DNA of 64,000 bases, from contig OZ250172.1 of the NCBI GenBank assembly GCA_965237905.1, positions 2,752,001-2,816,000 on the forward strand. Direction: 5' to 3'. Below are positions 23,213 through 32,382 of the stretch, piece after piece. Position numbers and translations under genes: made by a program. The notes beneath the pieces are model-generated. The model worked only from the letters and a program-made list of their open reading frames with translations. It had not been told where the DNA came from and ran no database searches. Each line of letters begins with the position of its first letter. Position 1 is the stretch's first letter. The DNA comes from Nitrospinaceae bacterium. Its GTDB lineage: Bacteria; Nitrospinota; Nitrospinia; Nitrospinales; Nitrospinaceae.

Positions 23213-24526
23213 ATGCCAGGAGCCCCTGTAAAATCGTCCCAACGTCCGAAGTTGATGATTCGCCGTGGGAGAAAAGTGACAGAGGGTGTCGAGATTCAAG
23301 CCGTATTTGCTGATATCAGGAGCGGCCAGTTGAAGCCAAAACACGAGTTCAGCATGGACGGTGTTAACTGGCGGCGGTTGGACAGCCATCCTCAATTAGC
23401 CCGAGTTTTTGCTTCGGCACCTAAACCCGAGCGTAAAAAGAAAGGCCCGTTGGTTTTTCTTTTCCTGATCATTCTGGTAGTGGTCGTAGCCGCGGCATAC
23501 TTTCATCCCTACCTGGCTTTTTATAATGTTCAAACTGCAGTGGACAGCCGAAATATTGAGAAGCTGTCTCAATGGGTCGATTACGCCGATTTGCACCAGG
23601 ACGTGAAGAGTCAATTGGATGTTCAATGGGGCGAAGTTTCCGCTGCCAAAATCAGTAAGACTCCCTATGCCAAGAGGGCGGATCCTATAGGCCGGGCACA
23701 GGTGGATAGAATGGCTAACGCCCTGGTGACTCCAGAAGCGGTGATGGGTTTTGCAAAAGGGAAAACCGATCTGATCGGTTCCTGGGCCCGTAGAAGCTCT
23801 AAAACTCCGGCGGCTGGGGACCCTAAGGACTTGTTTGCTGACCTGGGGTTCGATATGGAATCCGTGAACAAAGTGCTGGATGGCGTGAAGGACGTGTTGG
23901 CTCAGGGTGAACTCCGTTATGCCGGTTTCAACTCATTCGTTGCGACGATCAAGGAGGATAACGGAGAGAGTCTTGATTTCATGTATGAGCGGAAAGGAAT
24001 AGATTGGAAGTTGAGCAGGATAACCCTGCCTGTGAAACGCGTCCGTCCCCCTCTCAATGATATTGCACAGTCCGCCCTCAAGAAAGGCAGGGCTCAGGCC
24101 GAGGCCGTTAACAAAAATAAGAAAGATAAGAAGGATAAAAAGAACCAAGCCCAGGTAGCGAAACTCGATAATAAGAAGAAAGCCTATATGGCAAACCTGG
24201 AGCTAAGAAGTCTGACGGTAGGTAAGGGAAAGAAGTATCTCTTTAACAGTCCCAACCCGGGACTGTTTGCTACCTTGAAGAATAAAGGCAACCGGACCCT
24301 GAACGAAGTGGAAGTCACCGTTTACTTTTATAACCGGAAGGGAGCCATTGTCAGTGAAAAGAAACTGTACCCGGTATCGGTCTCCAAGTATCGCGCTGGA
24401 CGCGATAACGATCCCTTAAAACCCCAAAAGGCAAAGAAGATCGGATACCTTGTCAAAGAGTTCGCTCCACCCTCATGGGGCGGAAAGGTGCAAATGAGGG
24501 TCACTGACATCATAGTCAAGAAATAA
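23213..24526 (+). CDS. Membrane-anchored DUF2939-like protein
   Basis: N-terminal segment with DGVNWRRL, one TM helix, PY...VDY..L...VK.QL (DUF2939-like) and a C-terminal beta domain (LKNKGNRTL..VEVTVYFY). Confidence 0.7.
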   Translation: MPGAPVKSSQRPKLMIRRGRKVTEGVEIQAVFADIRSGQLKPKHEFSMDGVNWRRLDSHPQLARVFASAPKPERKKKGPLVFLFLIILVVVVAAAYFHPYLAFYNVQTAVDSRNIEKLSQWVDYADLHQDVKSQLDVQWGEVSAAKISKTPYAKRADPIGRAQVDRMANALVTPEAVMGFAKGKTDLIGSWARRSSKTPAAGDPKDLFADLGFDMESVNKVLDGVKDVLAQGELRYAGFNSFVATIKEDNGESLDFMYERKGIDWKLSRITLPVKRVRPPLNDIAQSALKKGRAQAEAVNKNKKDKKDKKNQAQVAKLDNKKKAYMANLELRSLTVGKGKKYLFNSPNPGLFATLKNKGNRTLNEVEVTVYFYNRKGAIVSEKKLYPVSVSKYRAGRDNDPLKPQKAKKIGYLVKEFAPPSWGGKVQMRVTDIIVKK

Positions 24527-24616
24527 AGTTAGCCCTCTTTCAATTTTGGTACAATATCCCCTAATCAAGTCATACAGATTCTTCCGACTGTTTTTCGTTG
24601 GTGCGAAAGGAATTAA

Positions 24617-25789
24617 ATGAGTTTGACGGAACGAAAAATTAAATATTTGGAACCTGGTAAGAGCCGCCAGATTGTTTGGGATAATGGCGGATTTGGTGTC
24701 CAGGTGACTCCAGAGGGAGAAAAAAGTTTTGTTCTGGAATATCGCTTCAATGAGATGACCAAACTGATTACTCTCGGAATCTACCCGGATATGGACCTTG
24801 ATACGGCGAGACGGCAGGCGCTGTTGGCTATGGCAATGGTTATGGAAGGTAAGGATCCCGAGAAGGGACTTCCGGCGCCGAAAAAAAGCAAAGCCAAAGC
24901 CGATGCTCCTGTAAGCCAAACGCCGACTTTCGATCAAATTAGGGAAAAAGCTTCTGAGAAACTGGGCCAATTTAAAGGGAAAGCCTCCGAACAGTTCGAC
25001 AAGATCAAGGCTTCGGAGACACTGGACAAATTCAAAGTGAAGGCGGCTGCGAAACTGGATGAAATCAAGCAACGGGTTGAGAAAAAGATAACACACCCCC
25101 AGGTACAATCAAAACCGGCGGCGAATAAGATAATACCGCTTGATAAAAAAGCGAGAATCCCGCAAAAGAAAGCTAAAGCCCCGGCCAAAAAAGCAGAACC
25201 GGCGGCTCTGAAGGATACGTTTGGACGTATTCTCGATAAAAGCGAGCTTAAAACGTTGTGGTCCGGTCTACAAAACTCGGACATGCCTCCCACAAATCAA
25301 CTGGCTATAAAGTTGTTAATCATTACCGCGCAAAGATACGACGAGGTGATTCCTGCCCGGTGGGCGGACTTTGACATGGTGTCTAAATGGTGGACCATCC
25401 CGGAATCTTTCACCAAAAACGGGAAAAAGCATAAGGTCCCGCTAACCAATCTGGCCTCGGATCTTTTGAGAAAGATTAAGGAGTTGTCGGGAATGTCTGG
25501 AGTTTTATTCCCTGTGCCCGGAGGTGTAACCCCCATAGATTCCAAGGCACTGACTGAGGATATTCAGCGGGCTCAAGTCCGGTTTGGATTGAAACCGTTT
25601 ACTCTGCAGGATTTGCAGGATAGCGCGGTGTGTCAGATGCTCGATAACGGCATCCCGGAGGCCACCTTGTATAAATTGCTGAATGAAGACGAGCCGACAG
25701 TGTTTGGACAGGAAGGCGGGAAAGTTACTGACTCCGATTTGCGGAAGGCTCTTGAGAAACTGGAGAGACAATTGCCCAAAAGTTATTAA
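24617..25789 (+). CDS. Degenerate tyrosine-integrase-derived protein (arm-DNA-binding domain + inactive catalytic domain)
   Basis: Arm-binding N-terminus (WD..GFGVQVT..G.KSF...LG.YP.M.L..AR). TAQR and KNGKKH are retained, but HxxR reads QDLQ and no catalytic His or Tyr is evident. Confidence 0.8.
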   Translation: MSLTERKIKYLEPGKSRQIVWDNGGFGVQVTPEGEKSFVLEYRFNEMTKLITLGIYPDMDLDTARRQALLAMAMVMEGKDPEKGLPAPKKSKAKADAPVSQTPTFDQIREKASEKLGQFKGKASEQFDKIKASETLDKFKVKAAAKLDEIKQRVEKKITHPQVQSKPAANKIIPLDKKARIPQKKAKAPAKKAEPAALKDTFGRILDKSELKTLWSGLQNSDMPPTNQLAIKLLIITAQRYDEVIPARWADFDMVSKWWTIPESFTKNGKKHKVPLTNLASDLLRKIKELSGMSGVLFPVPGGVTPIDSKALTEDIQRAQVRFGLKPFTLQDLQDSAVCQMLDNGIPEATLYKLLNEDEPTVFGQEGGKVTDSDLRKALEKLERQLPKSY

Positions 25790-25812
25790 GAACAAACCTA
25801 GTCTATAAAAAT

Positions 25813-25850
25813 AAAAAAAGGATCTGCAGGAAACCCTGTGGATCCTTTTT
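25813..25850. terminator. Bidirectional intrinsic terminator
   Basis: AAAAAAAGGATCTGCAGG-AAAC-CCTGTGGATCCTTTTT between convergent genes. Confidence 0.85.
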
Positions 25851-25889
25851 CTATAGGGATGGGTAATTAGAGGAATCTAGTGTTGGTTT

Positions 25890-26450
25890 TTACAGATGGC
25901 CGCTGGTTTTGACCTGGAAGCCTTCGACTTTGTCGAGCAGGAGTTGCTTGAGCTCCATCATTTTGGCCGCCTCGAGCAAGGCAGCTTTACCCTCATCTTT
26001 GATTTTGTTGAGACGCATATCGAGACGCGCCAGGTTGGTGAACAATGGCAGAAATTTGGCCATGTATTTCGCGCCTTCGTCGGTGATGTTGTTGTCGGAT
26101 AAAGTCAAACTGGTGAGACTGAGCAGATTGTCCGATACGGCCAGATACTTCACCCCCTCATTGCCGATGCTGTTGTAAAACAGGTTGAGCGATTTGAGGT
26201 TGACCAAATACTTTGACTGGGCTATGTATTTCACACCCTTGGCGCCCATCATGTTGGTGCCCAGTTCCAGCGTTTGCAAATCCTCCAGAAAATCCATGTT
26301 GGCAATGTCCTTCGAGCCGTATTCTTTGAGATACGCAGCAGTCAGGTCAAGAGTTTTGCCGTCCTTGCTGAGCTCGGACTTGACCAAGGCCACCGATTCC
26401 TCGAATCCTCGGTTTTGGCCTCTGGCTTCTTTGTTTAATGACATATCCAT
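25890..26450 (-). CDS. Leucine-rich repeat protein (RI/RanGAP-like)
   Basis: Repeated LxxLxLxxNxIxxxG units; SD GGAGG. Confidence 0.88.
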   Translation of the reverse strand: MDMSLNKEARGQNRGFEESVALVKSELSKDGKTLDLTAAYLKEYGSKDIANMDFLEDLQTLELGTNMMGAKGVKYIAQSKYLVNLKSLNLFYNSIGNEGVKYLAVSDNLLSLTSLTLSDNNITDEGAKYMAKFLPLFTNLARLDMRLNKIKDEGKAALLEAAKMMELKQLLLDKVEGFQVKTSGHL

Positions 26451-26713
26451 AATAAATCAACATCCTCCATACACAAATCATGTGCTTCACCCCGGTCCAT
26501 TAGGGAACCTGTGGGCGGGGCATAGCCCTGTTTCTATTGATACCCGATCATACCTCTAAACCACCCAAAAGCTCAAGGAAAACCCAATTTTGGGCAACCG
26601 GAGCCTGCGAAATTTTGCAGGTGGGAAGCCTATTTTTTGATTTCCCCGGCCATTCTCTGCTATGATATCGCTGGTATTGTAACCCGAACAGTTCGAAAGT
26701 CAGGAGTTTTTTC

Positions 26714-27256
26714 ATGTCAGATATAACCCAGTCCGAGCTGGAAGTAAGCCTCGGCAACAACGTCATCGTGACCCAAATGACCCAGGCCGTCAACTGGGCG
26801 AGGAAATATTCCTTCTTTATATATCCCTTCATCACCGCTTGTTGCGGAATGGAGTTCATGTCAGCCGCCGGTCCACGTTACGATTTGGATCGGTTCGGTG
26901 CGGCGTTTCCGCGGTTTTCTCCACGTCAAGCGGATCTATTGATGGTGGTGGGGACGATCAGTCACAAACAGGCCCCGATTCTGGTCAAAGTGTACAACCA
27001 GATGGCGGAGCCGAAATGGGTGGTGGCGTACGGAGTCTGCACGGTTTCCGGCGGGTTCTACGACAACTACGCCACAGTCATGGGCATCGACACCTTGATT
27101 CCTGTCGACGTTTATATTCCCGGATGCCCGCCGCGTCCGGAAATGGTGATCGATGGGTTGATGAAATTGCAAGACAAGGTCCAGCAGGAAACTCTGGCAG
27201 ACCACGTCAAAGGTCCGGCACCGGTCACCCCACCCGAACGACTGGTCAACATTTAA
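26714..27256 (+). CDS. nuoB: NADH-quinone oxidoreductase subunit B (stand-alone)
   Basis: TACCGME, DLDRFG, SPRQAD, QMAEPKWV..G.C and VDVYIPGCPPRPE motifs. Confidence 0.92.
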   Translation: MSDITQSELEVSLGNNVIVTQMTQAVNWARKYSFFIYPFITACCGMEFMSAAGPRYDLDRFGAAFPRFSPRQADLLMVVGTISHKQAPILVKVYNQMAEPKWVVAYGVCTVSGGFYDNYATVMGIDTLIPVDVYIPGCPPRPEMVIDGLMKLQDKVQQETLADHVKGPAPVTPPERLVNI

Positions 27257-27436
27257 GTTTTTTCGCTTGGGAGGAATGGTGTTGCCCCATTCCTGGGACG
27301 ACCAGCGTGACGCTGGACCCGATTTGGCTTGGGCGGAATGGCGGGTTGCACCGTTATCTTCGCAGACCTAAGGTTTTTAAATTACCTGCGGAGGTTCTCC
27401 GCCGATTAATCGAGCAACTACAAAACAAAAAAATTG

Positions 27437-27476
27437 AGAACTCTCCGCTTTGGAATAAGCAGAGAGTTCTTTTTTT
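27437..27476. terminator. Bidirectional intrinsic terminator
   Basis: AGAACTCTCCGCTT-loop-AAGCAGAGAGTTCT followed by a T-run and preceded by an A-run; lies between convergent genes. Confidence 0.7.
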
Positions 27477-28002
27477 ATGGCCGCGACTCAGGTGCCGGCG
27501 CCACTCCTGCCAGATTTGAAGGTGGTCGAATCCCTTCTTTAAAAAAATAATTTTCTACAATTCCGGTTCTTTCGTCCACCAATAACCATAGTTTGTCAAA
27601 CCTCGTATCAATTTCGTCATACGTGGCCAAGAGTAAAAAATACATCAGATTCCTGCTTTCCGAAAAGTAAAAGTAATACACCCGATGGTATTTTGTAAAC
27701 TCAACTTCCGAAGCAAATAAGTCAAAAAAGGTATCCGATTCCACTACGGTGGACTTTCGGGGTACCCGGTACTCTTTGTCCGGGACGCTGGCTTTAGGGA
27801 TCATCACTATTTCACCGCGGGCGGAGATGGCCATGGGAACCCCGAACCACTCCAACGCGTCCCTTTTGCGGGTCTTTCCCGGTTGGATTTGAGCCACCCG
27901 GGCCGTTTTTATTTCCGTGCCGCTGTATTTAAAAAGAGTGAGACAGCCCGGCATAAAACATAAGGAGAGCCCCAACAGAATTCCTGCTATCCATAGCCGC
28001 AT
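27475..28002 (-). CDS. Putative lipoprotein with a BamE/SmpA-like N-terminal motif
   Basis: Signal ending MPGC and IQPGKTRKRDALEWFGVP; paralogous to the next gene. Confidence 0.7.
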   Translation of the reverse strand: MRLWIAGILLGLSLCFMPGCLTLFKYSGTEIKTARVAQIQPGKTRKRDALEWFGVPMAISARGEIVMIPKASVPDKEYRVPRKSTVVESDTFFDLFASEVEFTKYHRVYYFYFSESRNLMYFLLLATYDEIDTRFDKLWLLVDERTGIVENYFFKEGIRPPSNLAGVAPAPESRP

Positions 28003-28004
28003 TT

Positions 28005-28499
28005 TTATTCTTCCTCCCATTCCAGAAAGACATAATCTTCCACCCGCCCCGTTTTGCGGTTTACCAAGACCCACAGTTCGCTAAACTGCAAATCGCCTGC
28101 AGTCACGGGGAGACTTAATAGTATGCTTACTAAGGGAATGGAAATTCCGTTTATCTTTTCTTTCTCATTAAAATAGTAATAAACGACATGATGTTCAGAA
28201 ATGGGATGTCTTTCCAAAAAATATTTAAAAAAAACCTTGGCATCGACTTTCCGCATTTTCCCCGGGTCAGTTTCCAAAGAAGGGAGCGATACCACGCCAT
28301 CTTTCCTGGCCAGAATTCCTGGAGGACCCAACCATTCGAGAATATCCTTCCGGGTGGTTTTCCCCGACTCAATATTTTTTATCAGTCCTTTTTCAAGTGT
28401 CTGGTCGTGCTTAACCGAACCCCAAATACATCCCCCAATCGGGAACAGGATAACCAATGCCAGGACACCCAGCTTATTGAATTGAGATTTATATATCAT
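28005..28499 (-). CDS. Putative lipoprotein with a BamE/SmpA-like N-terminal motif
   Basis: Signal ending IGGC, IESGKTTRKDILEWLGPP, and a shared LW.LV...TG.VE.Y.F tail. Confidence 0.7.
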   Translation of the reverse strand: MIYKSQFNKLGVLALVILFPIGGCIWGSVKHDQTLEKGLIKNIESGKTTRKDILEWLGPPGILARKDGVVSLPSLETDPGKMRKVDAKVFFKYFLERHPISEHHVVYYYFNEKEKINGISIPLVSILLSLPVTAGDLQFSELWVLVNRKTGRVEDYVFLEWEEE

Positions 28500-29112
28500 T
28501 AGAGCCCTTATTCTTGTTGGACGGCACACTTCCCGGTAAAGGGTCAATCCGTTTTCCATCCGCGAGACTTTTGAGAACTTTAAGGAAATCCCTGCCTGCC
28601 GCATCGGTAGCCAGTTTTACGTATTCCTGAAAATTATCCCAAAGAAAAACTACGGACGGATAACCTATGGTGTGCGTTGCAATTTTTTCGCCGGTTGTAA
28701 CGTCTATAAGCTGGATTAAAATTTTAACGGGAGATTTCGCTCTCTTCTCGGTTTCAACATCTCCCATAAACACCGCATCCGCTTCCAGAAGCCGGGCGGC
28801 CTGCCGGGCCTGTTCGATGGAAAATCCATTTTCCGGGACATTCATTCCTTTGTTGGCTATCTCGATTTCCGCTAAAGTGGGGGTTACAATTGAATAACGC
28901 GGTTGCTTTTGAAGGTAAAACGAAAACCATTCGGCAGAGGTCCTTCGGAATTTTTTATTGCCGGAAAAGGGTAGAACTACAATTTTTTTCCAGGAAGAAG
29001 GGGTAAAACTTTCATTAAGATCAAAGCGTTTGACCGTGACTCCCGGCTTGCTGCAACCGGAAAGAACGAAAAGGAATGCCAAAAATATATTCAAATGGAT
29101 TTTGCCCTGCAC
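28489..29112 (-). CDS. Putative lipoprotein, CsgG/LpoB/TolB-N-like
   Basis: Lipobox LSGC, KIVVLPF, ARLLEADAVFMG and LIDVTTGE. Confidence 0.7.
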   Translation of the reverse strand: MQGKIHLNIFLAFLFVLSGCSKPGVTVKRFDLNESFTPSSWKKIVVLPFSGNKKFRRTSAEWFSFYLQKQPRYSIVTPTLAEIEIANKGMNVPENGFSIEQARQAARLLEADAVFMGDVETEKRAKSPVKILIQLIDVTTGEKIATHTIGYPSVVFLWDNFQEYVKLATDAAGRDFLKVLKSLADGKRIDPLPGSVPSNKNKGSNDI

Positions 29113-29172
29113 TCAAATCTCCTCTTTAATGTTCTTTACATTGTAATTTATGGGATTGGAAAAGTCTTTAGC

Positions 29173-30549
29173 TTATTGCAAAACGGCGAGTTCTTTTTTG
29201 ATGGTTGCCATCCAGGCGCGGGCGGCTTCTTTTTCTACCGGGGTGATGCCGGGAAGTTGGATCATGGTTTCAATACCTGTCACCTTTTGATTGACGTAAT
29301 CCGTCAGGGCCTGTGGGTTGTCGATGGCGAGGCGTATCGTACCTTTGTCATCCAGAAATCTTTTCTTCAGATAATGAAAGTACAGAGCGAGATGCTGGGC
29401 CGGGTCCTTCGGTCCCTTGCCGTATTGCAGATGCATCAGCGCTTCTTTACGGCGGTCGATGATGTACCCGAGCCGCGTGTTATCGTCTTTATTGAATTGC
29501 AGATCGAACACGTCAAACACCCAGGCTTTCGTTTCGGCACTTACGGTCAACTCCGGCAGAGGCAGGTGTTTCACTGCGGCGATTTCCAGCAATAAGGATC
29601 GTACACCGGTTCGTTCGCTCCAGTAGGCCGATTGCAAGGGGATCTGGCGGTTCAACCGGCTGACTTCTAGAAGAAGCGGTTCCATTTTAGCGATGGCTTG
29701 CGACAATCTCTGCAATGTGGTCTCATCAAACTCTTCGAGAAACCATTGTGTCTCACGCGGCACACTCGATTTCTCCCGGATGTTCCTTTTAAAATATGCG
29801 TTCAGAATCTGGTCCATGTCCGGGATGAAAAACGCTTCCAATACTTTTGCAAAATAAGGAAAGTTTAAAATCAGGAACCGGGGATCGGATCGGATATTGA
29901 GCCCGTATGCTTCCAGTTCGTTGACGTGACCCAGAAACGCTTGTGTAAGATGCAATGTTTCGTGCAGGTGCGTCGCTTCGCCGTAGGCTTTAGTGTCGAT
30001 CAGAATACTTCCGGGAGAGATGCGGATGGTATCGAACGTGGCGTGCGCCAATTGGCCGGGTTGGAGCAGGGCATCGGAATAGGGCTGAATGATGTACTGG
30101 CGGAGCGGGACCTTATTGCTTTCGGGGAGGGTTTTCTTGAGGCGGGCCAACACGCGCTTCATGCGTCCGGCTGCTTTTTGAATCAGTTGTTCCGGCTGGT
30201 GACATTTGCCACAGCCATAATTCTCAAATCCGGGAATGAGAAAAGCAGTGGTTCCGGTGCCTCCCACAGATTGCTCGACAACTATATTCTTTAGAGTTTC
30301 GCCAGTAATGAGGGGATCCTTTTTCGGCAAGTGCTGGGAGATCAGGGAATCGAGTTCGCCGAGTCCGATCCGGGGTTCAGCAAATACCCGATCCGGTCCG
30401 CCCATCCACAGGGCGGTTGTCAATGCGATCCAAGCCCCCAGTCCGGCTCCTGCCCGGAGGGGGAACGGGCTGACGGGTAACGGTGTGCAAGGCTCACGGG
30501 GCGCAATGCTGGATTTAGGTCCAGCGTTACGCTGGCCGGGCCCGCGCAT
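29173..30549 (-). CDS. Exported protein with a CxxCH haem motif and an HExxH motif
   Basis: ATG overlaps the upstream stop (TGATG); signal-like segment, CGKCH, and HLHETLH followed by NELEAY. Confidence 0.75.
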   Translation of the reverse strand: MRGPGQRNAGPKSSIAPREPCTPLPVSPFPLRAGAGLGAWIALTTALWMGGPDRVFAEPRIGLGELDSLISQHLPKKDPLITGETLKNIVVEQSVGGTGTTAFLIPGFENYGCGKCHQPEQLIQKAAGRMKRVLARLKKTLPESNKVPLRQYIIQPYSDALLQPGQLAHATFDTIRISPGSILIDTKAYGEATHLHETLHLTQAFLGHVNELEAYGLNIRSDPRFLILNFPYFAKVLEAFFIPDMDQILNAYFKRNIREKSSVPRETQWFLEEFDETTLQRLSQAIAKMEPLLLEVSRLNRQIPLQSAYWSERTGVRSLLLEIAAVKHLPLPELTVSAETKAWVFDVFDLQFNKDDNTRLGYIIDRRKEALMHLQYGKGPKDPAQHLALYFHYLKKRFLDDKGTIRLAIDNPQALTDYVNQKVTGIETMIQLPGITPVEKEAARAWMATIKKELAVLQ

Positions 30550-32333
30550 CAACCCCCCTTGGCGGTGGATGGGGTTCGTATGATGTTGAGCCTCTGCCAG
30601 ACGCTGACCACTTTGCGGCCGTTGCGGTCTTCCTTTTTGCCATCCCACACTGCGAAGGCGACCAACAGCGGTTCCTTTTTGTCAAAGACGGCGTCCCATT
30701 TTCCCGATACCGCAAACGTGCGGGTGAACACCACCGTCCACTCACCGTCTTTCCAAACACCCGTGCCCTCCACATTCTGGTACTCCCTCGGTTGAGGGGT
30801 GATGGTGCCGAACCCTTCGGAGTTGAGTTCTTCCACCGCATTTTGCTGCGTGGTGCCCAGTTTGGTGACAGGGTTGGACATTACGCCGCCGAAGATGAGT
30901 GCGTCCATATCGACCCCGCCGGTGGAATATTCGGAATCTTCCGAGGCCTCAAGCGTTTCTTCCAGGCCCGCCTTCCAGTGCCAGATGTTGACCGGTTTAC
31001 CGCGGTTGCCCATTCCAAAAAACGGCTCGTTGTGGCCGTGCGTGTGCAGGGTGACAGCTCCCAGCGCCAACTGCACCGCCACGCCGTCGGTGAACACGTC
31101 GGACCGGCCCTCCATGAATCCGTCCTTGGTCGGGTCCTTCCACTTAAGACGGATGGCCAGGACCTCACCGTTGTTGACGGAGGCGACGTTAATGATCTCA
31201 ATGGCCTCTCGCCGTGCCGACAAGGGACGCAGAATTAGGTTGGTGGATCGGGCTTTTTCCCAGACCGGGCTATCGGGATTGGTATCCAGCTCGTAGGGAA
31301 CGCGGTAGGACATCACATCGGTTTCAAATTCCCCCTTCTGGAATCCTTTTCTGAAATTGGAACGGGTGAAATGCACCAGGGCCCAACGGTCTTTTTCCGG
31401 GAGATGAACGTAGGAACCCATCGGCGTGCCGTCCAACCCGGTGGAAATCGTCCGGAAAATGTCCTTCGGCTCATACCCGGCTTTGAAGTAATTGGGATTG
31501 GTGATGTCATGCACGAACACCGCGTGCTTCCAGGCATCCATCAACGATTCGGCGAGGCGTCCGTCGCCTTGGCCGGTGGCGCCATGACAATCAACACATT
31601 TATGCTTAGTAAATAACTTTTTACCTTGGGCGATCAATGCCTTGGAAGAGGGGATGGATTTGACTTTCAAGCTTTTCTTCGGAGCTTCTTTACGGAAGCG
31701 GTCGGAAAAACTTTTGATCAGGTTGACCAGCGCCCAGGTGTCTTGTGGTGAGAGAGCGTCGCCCCAAGCCGGCATCGAGGTTCCCGGTACGCCGCGGATA
31801 ATGGTGCGGTACAAGTCTTCATCCCTGGGAAGCGTTCCCGTCGGGGTGGAGCGGAATTTGAAAATGCCTTTGCGGAAATCGCGCGGCCAGGGGTACAGGT
31901 AATCGGTCGCGGTACCGCCGCCATTGCCGTCGCGCCCGTGACAGTAAACGCACATATGAAGATAAATGTTGCGGCCCCGGTTTAACAAGGCCTGCGCTTT
32001 GGTTTTGGGTTTTTGCAGATTGCCCACGTCGTGCGCTCCGCGCTTCTGAAACGGGTCGGATCCCTTACCATGATCCATGTGCCCCATATCGTGCTGGCTG
32101 TGGTCCATGCCTTTGGCGGGAGGGTCCTGCATGTATTCGGAACTAGGAGCGGCTTCTTTGCCGAACTCGATCATGCCTTCGGGCTTGGCGGGGATTTTTT
32201 CAGGGTCATGCGTATGTTTTTCCTTGCCGTGAGAAAATACGGGATCGGGGGTACTCCATATCAGAACGAGGGCGGCCAATAACACCAAACCGGCGATGCC
32301 GCCTCCGAGGGAGAGTCTTATTTTCTTGTTCAT
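30549..32333 (-). CDS. Dihaem cytochrome c fused to an ethylbenzene-dehydrogenase-gamma/DOMON-like haem b domain (alternative NxrC-like)
   Basis: N-terminal TM/signal, His/Met-rich linker, CVYCH and CVDCH, and C-terminal FTDGVAVQ, GMG...VNIWHWKA, W.VVF.R and AFAVWDG...R.G.K motifs. Confidence 0.85.
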   Translation of the reverse strand: MNKKIRLSLGGGIAGLVLLAALVLIWSTPDPVFSHGKEKHTHDPEKIPAKPEGMIEFGKEAAPSSEYMQDPPAKGMDHSQHDMGHMDHGKGSDPFQKRGAHDVGNLQKPKTKAQALLNRGRNIYLHMCVYCHGRDGNGGGTATDYLYPWPRDFRKGIFKFRSTPTGTLPRDEDLYRTIIRGVPGTSMPAWGDALSPQDTWALVNLIKSFSDRFRKEAPKKSLKVKSIPSSKALIAQGKKLFTKHKCVDCHGATGQGDGRLAESLMDAWKHAVFVHDITNPNYFKAGYEPKDIFRTISTGLDGTPMGSYVHLPEKDRWALVHFTRSNFRKGFQKGEFETDVMSYRVPYELDTNPDSPVWEKARSTNLILRPLSARREAIEIINVASVNNGEVLAIRLKWKDPTKDGFMEGRSDVFTDGVAVQLALGAVTLHTHGHNEPFFGMGNRGKPVNIWHWKAGLEETLEASEDSEYSTGGVDMDALIFGGVMSNPVTKLGTTQQNAVEELNSEGFGTITPQPREYQNVEGTGVWKDGEWTVVFTRTFAVSGKWDAVFDKKEPLLVAFAVWDGKKEDRNGRKVVSVWQRLNIIRTPSTAKGG

Positions 32334-32382
32334 TAAATACCTCGTTAGGGAGAGGGGTTTCCTGCTAGAACCCGTGAGGTTT

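Noticed and set aside
24617..25789. Active prophage or island integrase
   Set aside because: Catalytic HxxR, His and Tyr are absent, and there is no att site, tRNA or mobile cargo next to it.
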